In this document: positions 38,570 to 43,650 of the stretch, piece by piece
Layout of the letters: the number at the start of each line of letters is the position of its first letter
Numbering within the stretch: position 1 is the first letter of the stretch
Source: an uncultured Chloroflexia bacterium
GTDB taxonomy: Bacteria > Chloroflexota > Anaerolineae > Anaerolineales > UBA4823
Length of the DNA stretch: 64,000 bases
Direction: 5' to 3'
Assembly (NCBI GenBank): GCA_963792075.1
Contig: CAWBUW010000007.1
Coordinates: forward strand, 846,429-910,428
Translations under genes and position numbers: made by a program
Notes under the pieces: model-generated
Databases searched by the model: none
What the model saw: only the letters and a program-made list of their open reading frames with translations
Told to the model about the DNA's origin: nothing

Positions 38570-38892
38570 CAGGCACGGATGCGGCGAAGCCAACGGTACA
38601 TGGTAGACGCGGCAACATTGAAATGCTCGGCCAGGTGGCGGACCGTGGGGGTTTGACCATATGCTTTTTCGTAGCGGCGCAGATAGGCGGTAAGATCGGC
38701 ACTGACGAGGGGGAGCTTGGAGGGATGCATCATGTTGGAAGCGTCTTCTAACAAGATGTTAATAAGCTCATTCAGCCTGGCGGTTGTGGTGATGACAGGA
38801 TCAGAACCGGGGGGTTCTGGGAAAGGTTGACTGCCGGTCAACCCTACAGGGTCAATGCCGTTGACCCTTACGTTTGTTGGGTTGGTGGCCAT
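38569..38892 (-). CDS. HTH DNA-binding protein (excisionase / small-terminase-like HTH)
   Basis: 107 aa; the C-terminal TVRHLAEHFNVAASTMYRWLRR is a helix-turn-helix. Confidence 0.5.
   Translation of the reverse strand: MATNPTNVRVNGIDPVGLTGSQPFPEPPGSDPVITTTARLNELINILLEDASNMMHPSKLPLVSADLTAYLRRYEKAYGQTPTVRHLAEHFNVAASTMYRWLRRIRA
38825..38847 (+). repeat. REP-like hairpin element
   Basis: GGTTGAC-TGCCG-GTCAACC-CTAC, inside the HTH ORF on the antisense strand. Confidence 0.6.
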
Positions 38893-38897
38893 GGGGT

Positions 38898-39371
38898 TTA
38901 TAACTGGTGGTTGTGCTTGATGCCGCTGGAGATGGCGTTCAGCCGGTCGGAGATGGCTGCTTCGTCATCGATCAAGCGGCCATCTGAGTAGTATCTACCG
39001 ATACCATTCAGGCCGTGCACGGAGGCACAATCAGGGCCAATGCCAGGTTGACCGCCGGTCAACCCTACGGCGGCGGCGGTTTCAAGATCAGTGATGATTT
39101 GATCGGTCTCGTCGAGATCACCGAGATCGGACGCGTCGGAAAGGTTGTAATTGTACTCAAGCATTTTCCGGCGGGCGGTGTGCTTGCCCAGGATCAAGCG
39201 GGTGTAATATTTTTTGGTTCCTAGAATTTCATCGAGATTTCGACCGATATCAAACATGACGTTTTCAACCGATGCGATGAAAACGGGGTCATTGGTTGAG
39301 CGGACATCGGCCATGATTTTCTTGGTCACAAAATTGAGGGCATAAGCAAGAGTAAACGGCATGCGCTTCAT
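38898..39371 (-). CDS. hypothetical island protein
   Basis: 157-aa ORF with an AAGGAAAG RBS. No family recognised. Confidence 0.4.
   Translation of the reverse strand: MKRMPFTLAYALNFVTKKIMADVRSTNDPVFIASVENVMFDIGRNLDEILGTKKYYTRLILGKHTARRKMLEYNYNLSDASDLGDLDETDQIITDLETAAAVGLTGGQPGIGPDCASVHGLNGIGRYYSDGRLIDDEAAISDRLNAISSGIKHNHQL
39046..39068 (+). repeat. REP-like hairpin element
   Basis: GGTTGAC-CGCCG-GTCAACC-CTAC. Confidence 0.6.
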
Positions 39372-39513
39372 TTGATCTTTCCTTCCTGGTTCAGGTGTGG
39401 GTTATGGTCGGGTGATGTGGGCAGTTGGTTGAAAAGGTTGGGCAGGGTAAGCTGCTGCTTGGATGAGCGGCGTTTGGTTTTGGGGCGTGATTGCGTTGGT
39501 TGGGTGGGTGTGC

Positions 39514-39882
39514 TCATTGGGGGGGTTCCTTGGTTGACTGCCAGTCAACCCTACCGCCGGTCAACGGTTGACCGGCGACGGTGGCAAGGGATAGGGTTTT
39601 GAACAGATCGTGTAAGGTGCCTGCTCCCCGGCTTAGGATGATGCCGGTAAGGATGGTCCCGACCGCAGGAAGCCTGGAAAGCGGAAGACCGAAGGCGGTG
39701 AACAAGTCCAGGCCAGCAAGGTAGTTGACGAGGGTGGACAATGCCAGGCCAACCAGCAGGGAGAGATAAAACTCTTTGGTGCGTTTGGACGGTTCCCAAA
39801 TGGGCTTGAGGGTTTGTACGCAGGCTTCGAGCAGAAGGGCAAGAACGATCAATTGGGTGAATGTGGGGGTGGATGGTTCCAT
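39514..39882 (-). CDS. small three-TM membrane protein, holin-like
   Basis: 122 aa with three hydrophobic segments and an AAGGA RBS. The phage context makes the holin assignment an inference. Confidence 0.4.
   Translation of the reverse strand: MEPSTPTFTQLIVLALLLEACVQTLKPIWEPSKRTKEFYLSLLVGLALSTLVNYLAGLDLFTAFGLPLSRLPAVGTILTGIILSRGAGTLHDLFKTLSLATVAGQPLTGGRVDWQSTKEPPQ
39532..39554 (+). repeat. REP-like hairpin element
   Basis: GGTTGAC-TGCCA-GTCAACC-CTAC, followed by a second palindrome GGTCAAC-G-GTTGACC. Confidence 0.6.
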
Positions 39883-39915
39883 AAGTTTTTTCCTTTCTGG
39901 GTTGAATGGGTTGAT

Positions 39916-40001
39916 TGACCGGCGGCCAGGTTGATTCCCGGTAAGGCTGGCCGCCGGTCAGGTCAACCAGCCGGTTGACCTGACTACAATTATTCTATAA
40001 T
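39916..40001 (+). promoter_or_regulatory. divergent control region: nested palindromes overlapping a TATAAT promoter facing the terminase gene
   Basis: A 14-bp inverted repeat tgaccggcggccag (39916-39929) / ctggccgccggtca (39947-39960). A palindrome GGTCAACC-AGCC-GGTTGACC (39961-39980) has a 3' half that supplies TTGACC as a -35 box. TATAAT lies at 39996-40001, but the spacer is only 15 nt. Confidence 0.45.
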
Positions 40002-40095
40002 GAGATTGGGTGAAATGCAACAGATTTTGCGCCAGGTTGCCGGCAGTTGACAAATTTTGTTGCAATAAAGGGTCTGTCAGGGTTGAGAGGAACGA

Positions 40096-41601
40096 ATGAG
40101 GAACAAAAAGGTGGGTGCGGGCGCGGTGGCGGGCGACATTCTGCGAATTGGGGGGTGCCTGGAGTTTTGGGCTTTGGCGGGTGGGGTGAAGCTGCGAGAT
40201 TATCAGGTTGAAATCGGAGAAACGCTTGTCCGGGCGGTGTTGGCTCGAGCTGGGGGGAGCTTTGCGGTGATGCTGCCCAGGCAGAGCGGGAAGAATGAGC
40301 TGCAAGCCTGGATCGAGTCTTATCTGCTCTTTCGGCTTCAGATGGCGGGTGGAAGCATGGTGGTGGTTTCACCGACCTGGAAACCGCAAACGATCAACGC
40401 ACAAGACCGGCTTGAGAAGGTTTTGAAGGCTAACCCGGTAAGCGAGCGGAATTGGGGGAAGCGTTCGGGGTTTGTGTACCTGGTGGGGTCTGCGCGCTGT
40501 GCGTTCTTCTCTGGGCAAGAGGGCGCCAACATTGTGGGAGCGACGGCGGGAAGCCTGCTGATGGTGGATGAGGCGCAAGATGTAAGCATTGAAAAGTTCG
40601 ACAAGGACATCTTACCGATGGCTGCAAGCACGAACGCGGTAAGGGTCTTTTGGGGGACGGCCTGGACGGACCGGACTCTACTGGCGAGGGAGATAAGGGC
40701 GGGGAAGGCCTGGGTTTTGACAGGTGAAGATATTGCCAGGTCTGTACCGGCGTATGGGGTTTTCCTGGCTGAGCAGGTAAAGCTGCGAGGGCGGGACAAT
40801 CCGTATGTGAAAACTCAGTTCTTCTGTGAAGAAATAAGTCAGAATTGGGGGATGTTCACAGGGGCGCGGTTAGCCTTGATGGTGGGGGGGCATGAATGGC
40901 TTGATGCGCCCATCGAAGGGGAAGCGTACATTATGACGGTGGACGTGGGCGGGGGGGATGAAAGTAAGGGCGATGGATTAGAGCTTGCTGGGGGGCGGAG
41001 AGATGCGACGGCGGTAACCATTGCCAGGGTGAATTATGGGGGATCCGGAGGGGTAAATCATGGGGGAGTGGATGGGCCGACTTTTGAGGTCGTAAACCGG
41101 GGGGCCTGGTTTGGGTATGGCCAGGCAGAAAACTATGCGAAGATTTCAGCCTTGATTGATTTATGGCATCCGGTAAAGGTGGTGGTGGATGCAACCGGGA
41201 TAGGGGCGGGGCTTTCTGATTTCCTGGTGAAACGGTTCGGAAGGGTGATATCTCCTTTTATCTTTACCAGGGCAAGTAAGAGCGCGTTGGGTTGGGGGTT
41301 CATTGGCCTGGTGGAAACGGGGGGGTTCAAAGAGTACCGGGCGGGGTGCGGAGTGGAGGCGGATGGGATGAGAGAAGAATTTTGGAAGCAAGCCAGGGCG
41401 GTGGAAGCTTACATGATCCCGGGGCCTGGGCGGTTGATGCGATGGCAGGGCATAGCCGGCAATGAAGCGGGCGGGGTAGCGCATGATGATCTGATCGTTT
41501 CTGCTGTGATGGTGGCGGCGGTGAAGGATGATTTCCGGGGGCGGGCGGAAAGTGCGATCATCAGCCCGGAAAGATCAAATTACAAATGGGGGACTTATTA
41601 G
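40096..41601 (+). CDS. terL: phage terminase large subunit
   Basis: 501 aa with Walker A-like PRQSGKN, Walker B LLMVDEAQD, and nuclease-domain acidic motifs (MTVDVGGG, VVVDATGIG, HDDLIVSAV). Confidence 0.75.
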   Translation: MRNKKVGAGAVAGDILRIGGCLEFWALAGGVKLRDYQVEIGETLVRAVLARAGGSFAVMLPRQSGKNELQAWIESYLLFRLQMAGGSMVVVSPTWKPQTINAQDRLEKVLKANPVSERNWGKRSGFVYLVGSARCAFFSGQEGANIVGATAGSLLMVDEAQDVSIEKFDKDILPMAASTNAVRVFWGTAWTDRTLLAREIRAGKAWVLTGEDIARSVPAYGVFLAEQVKLRGRDNPYVKTQFFCEEISQNWGMFTGARLALMVGGHEWLDAPIEGEAYIMTVDVGGGDESKGDGLELAGGRRDATAVTIARVNYGGSGGVNHGGVDGPTFEVVNRGAWFGYGQAENYAKISALIDLWHPVKVVVDATGIGAGLSDFLVKRFGRVISPFIFTRASKSALGWGFIGLVETGGFKEYRAGCGVEADGMREEFWKQARAVEAYMIPGPGRLMRWQGIAGNEAGGVAHDDLIVSAVMVAAVKDDFRGRAESAIISPERSNYKWGTY

Positions 41602-41616
41602 CTGAGCAATAAAGCG

Positions 41617-41653
41617 CCGTCCGGCTGGATGTCCCCCTCATCCAGCCGGACGG
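41617..41653 (+). terminator. hairpin terminator after terL
   Basis: A 14-bp stem ccgtccggctggat/atccagccggacgg with a T-rich tail. Confidence 0.6.
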
Positions 41654-41944
41654 ACAACTTGATTTTAGCACAAATTCGTGAGTTAGACAATTTTTGTTGT
41701 ACGATCGGGGCTTAGATTGCAATTTCTATTGACAGGGCGCCTTCTCGCTGTTTGCTCTTTCCGGGGGGTGGTTGGGCGGGGGTTCAAGAATGCCGGAGAT
41801 CGGGAGGCGCTTTGCGCCGACCGAACGTAGGCAAAGGCGGGATGGGTGCTCTTGGGCGCCAACCGCCGGGAGCGTAGCGACCGGGGGAGGCGGAACAGCA
41901 TAACCCAGGGCGATGAGTGGCGGAAGGGGGAAGCAGGGAGAGCT

Positions 41945-41967
41945 GGGCAGCTGCAAGCTGCCCCTAC
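41945..41967 (+). repeat. REP-like hairpin element
   Basis: GGGCAGC-TGCAA-GCTGCCC-CTAC. Confidence 0.6.
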
Positions 41968-42726
41968 CTGGGCTGGGGAAGCGGGGGGTTTGGGGGCTTC
42001 CCCCATGAAAACTCTTGCCTGCCGGGAAGCGGCCCGCAGGCGTAGCCGGAGGGGAAAGCGTCGGCAGGTGCGAAGGGGGATTGTGGGCTGGTGTTCGGCG
42101 GGGGTAAGTCCGCTGGCGTTCTTTGCCAACGCCCCCGCCGATTTCTTGCACCAGCCCACCCCACAAGCATTACAATGCTTTCTTTGGTTTGCGGCTGGCA
42201 GGCTGGGGAACACTGCGAGCAGGCGGGCGAACAATCAACGAGACGGCTGGGGGAAAGGACCATGGCGCCGGGGCGGGCGAACAATCAACGAGACGGCAGG
42301 GGGAAAGAGACCGGCGCCGGAGCCGGGGCTGCCTGGCTTCCTGCAGCGCTCTGGCCTGGCGTGGCTGCCTGGCTTGCGCGGATCCGCGTGGGTCAAAGGC
42401 TGCTCAACCTGGTGGGCTGCCTGGCTGCTGTGCGCTGACCTGGTGCGCCTGGCTGCTGAGCTGGCCTGCTGCGCGCTGGCCTGGCTGCTGATCACCGGCC
42501 TGGTGGCTGCCTTCAGCTCGTGGCTGCCTTCAGCTCGTGGCTGCCTGGCTGCTCAATGGCTGCTCAACCTGGTGCGCGCTGGCCTGGCCTGGCTGCGGAT
42601 CACCGGCGAGGTTCAGCGCGCTGCAGCACGTGGGGCTGGCTGCTCAACCTGGTGCCTGGCCTGGTGGCTGCCTGGCTGCGATCCCTGGGCTGGTGGCTGC
42701 CTTCAGCTCGTGGCTGCCTGGCTCTG

Positions 42727-42749
42727 GGTAAACCGCCGGTTTACCCTAC
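42727..42749 (+). repeat. REP-like hairpin element
   Basis: GGTAAAC-CGCCG-GTTTACC-CTAC. Confidence 0.6.
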
Positions 42750-43222
42750 AATGGCTGCTCAACCTGGTGCGCGCTGGCCTGGCCTGGCTGCTGATCACCG
42801 GCCTGGTGGCTGTCGGGAATTGAATCACCGGCAAGGTTCAGCGCGCGGAGATCTGCGTATCTTTGGCGCCCAGCGCTGCACGCTGCGGTTCTTTCCTGGG
42901 GGTGGGTGGGCGGGTCCTGGGGGTGTGGGGGAAGCGAAGCGACCGGAAGCGGAGCGACCGGGGCGCGGAGCTTTCACCACTGGAAAACCACCTCCCGGCC
43001 TGGCTGCCCTCCCTGGACTGGCTGGCCTGGCTGCTGATCACCTGGTTTCTGTTGGCCTGGCTGCTGCTGGCGCTGCCGGCGCGCTGGCCATCGGCCTGGC
43101 TGCCCTCCCTGGCCTGGCTGGTTCTCTTGGCCTGGCTGGTTTTATTGGCCTGGCTGGGCTTCCCGGCCTGGCTGCTGCTGGCCTGGACCCGGGCGCTGTT
43201 TCCATCGACGTGCAAGATTTTT

Positions 43223-43274
43223 TGTGAAGGTCAGCGCATTGGCCACGATATTGTTCAGGGCGATGGCGATCTTT
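43223..43274 (-). repeat. 52-bp perfect inverted copy of the histidine-kinase N-box coding segment (35565-35616)
   Basis: tgtgaaggtcagcgcattggccacgatattgttcagggcgatggcgatcttt is the exact reverse complement of 35565-35616. The ORF track shows the same peptide (CEGQRIGHDIVQGDGDL) in both places. Confidence 0.95.
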
Positions 43275-43283
43275 AGGTAAAAA

Positions 43284-43313
43284 TCCGTGAGGTCGGAGGT
43301 TCAAATCCTCTCA
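43284..43313 (+). repeat. partial tRNA-Pro copy (30 bp; att-like)
   Basis: tccgtgaggtcggaggttcaaatcctctca is identical to 37025-37054. Confidence 0.9.
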
Positions 43314-43581
43314 AAACCGGCCACCCCCGCATTTTTTTTTGTGCGCCGACGCCTGCGGCGGCGCACCAGCCGCCCACACGTGGGCGGCGTTCTGGGCGGG
43401 CACATGTGCCCGCAATCTTGCGCCTGGCTGAACTTTGACAAAGACCCGACTCCGGCGGCTTCCGCCTTCGGCGGGCGGTTCTTCCACCCTTCTTTTTCTA
43501 AGAAAAAGAAAGACTGCCAACAGTGTGGCTTTGACAACCGATAATGGTAACGGCTCGCCTGGGCTGCACCACTCCCCCCAA

Positions 43582-43607
43582 GAGGTTCAAATCCTCTCAC
43601 CCCGACA
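43582..43607 (+). repeat. partial tRNA-Pro 3' end copy (26 bp; distal att, probable ancestral tRNA end)
   Basis: gaggttcaaatcctctcaccccgaca is identical to 37037-37062. Confidence 0.9.
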
Positions 43608-43608
43608 C

Positions 43609-43650
43609 AACTGCCTCTGGGAAAAACCCAGGGGCAGTTTGTTTATTTTT
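43609..43650 (+). terminator. intrinsic terminator following the displaced tRNA-Pro 3' end
   Basis: aactgcctctggg-aaaaa-cccaggggcagtt, then tgtttattttt. It also abuts the stop of the convergent ATPase gene. Confidence 0.7.

Larger units (their letters stand above)
41700..43222. repeat. G-tract modules plus an A-poor CTGG/GGCCTGGCTG-rich imperfect repeat field
   Basis: Several overlapping ORFs are open in all three + frames and also on the minus strand. It contains dispersed near-identical blocks (e.g. caatggctgctcaacctggtgcgcgctggcctggcctggctgc at 42554 and 42750), a tandem ~50-bp repeat (42224-42310) and 18-bp periodic units (43093-43190). Confidence 0.7.
37061..43607. mobile_element. tRNA-Pro-integrated phage-like genomic island (degenerate prophage or satellite), no integrase seen
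   Basis: The tRNA-Pro 3' end is repeated directly at 43284-43313 (30 bp) and 43582-43607 (26 bp). The distal copy is followed by a + strand intrinsic terminator, as expected for the ancestral tRNA end. Cargo includes terminase-large, holin-like, HTH and Zn-ribbon genes. Confidence 0.65.

Noticed and set aside
42656-42700. E. coli-type Chi sequence GCTGGTGG inside the repeat field
   Set aside because: Chi sequences are lineage-specific. This occurrence is expected by chance in a CTGG-rich repeat and has no known relevance outside enterobacteria.
43008-43200. Collagen-like Gly-X-Y tail-fibre repeat (GLAGSLGLAGFIGLAGLPGLA in the 42520..43227 frame)
   Set aside because: The Gly periodicity holds for only ~7 triplets. 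The X/Y positions are Leu/Ala rather than the Pro/Thr/charged residues typical of collagen-like repeats. The other frames are equally open, so the pattern follows from an 18-bp DNA repeat.
42300-43222. Possible CRISPR array, because of many short recurring GGCCTGGCTG-type units
   Set aside because: The repeats are imperfect, have variable length and period, and are not separated by unique spacers. There is no cas gene or leader, and the composition is low-complexity throughout.
35565-43274. Diversity-generating retroelement (template/variable repeat pair) to explain the duplicated kinase segment
   Set aside because: The copies are inverted, only 52 bp long and 100 percent identical, with no adenine-specific differences. 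No reverse transcriptase gene is present in the window.
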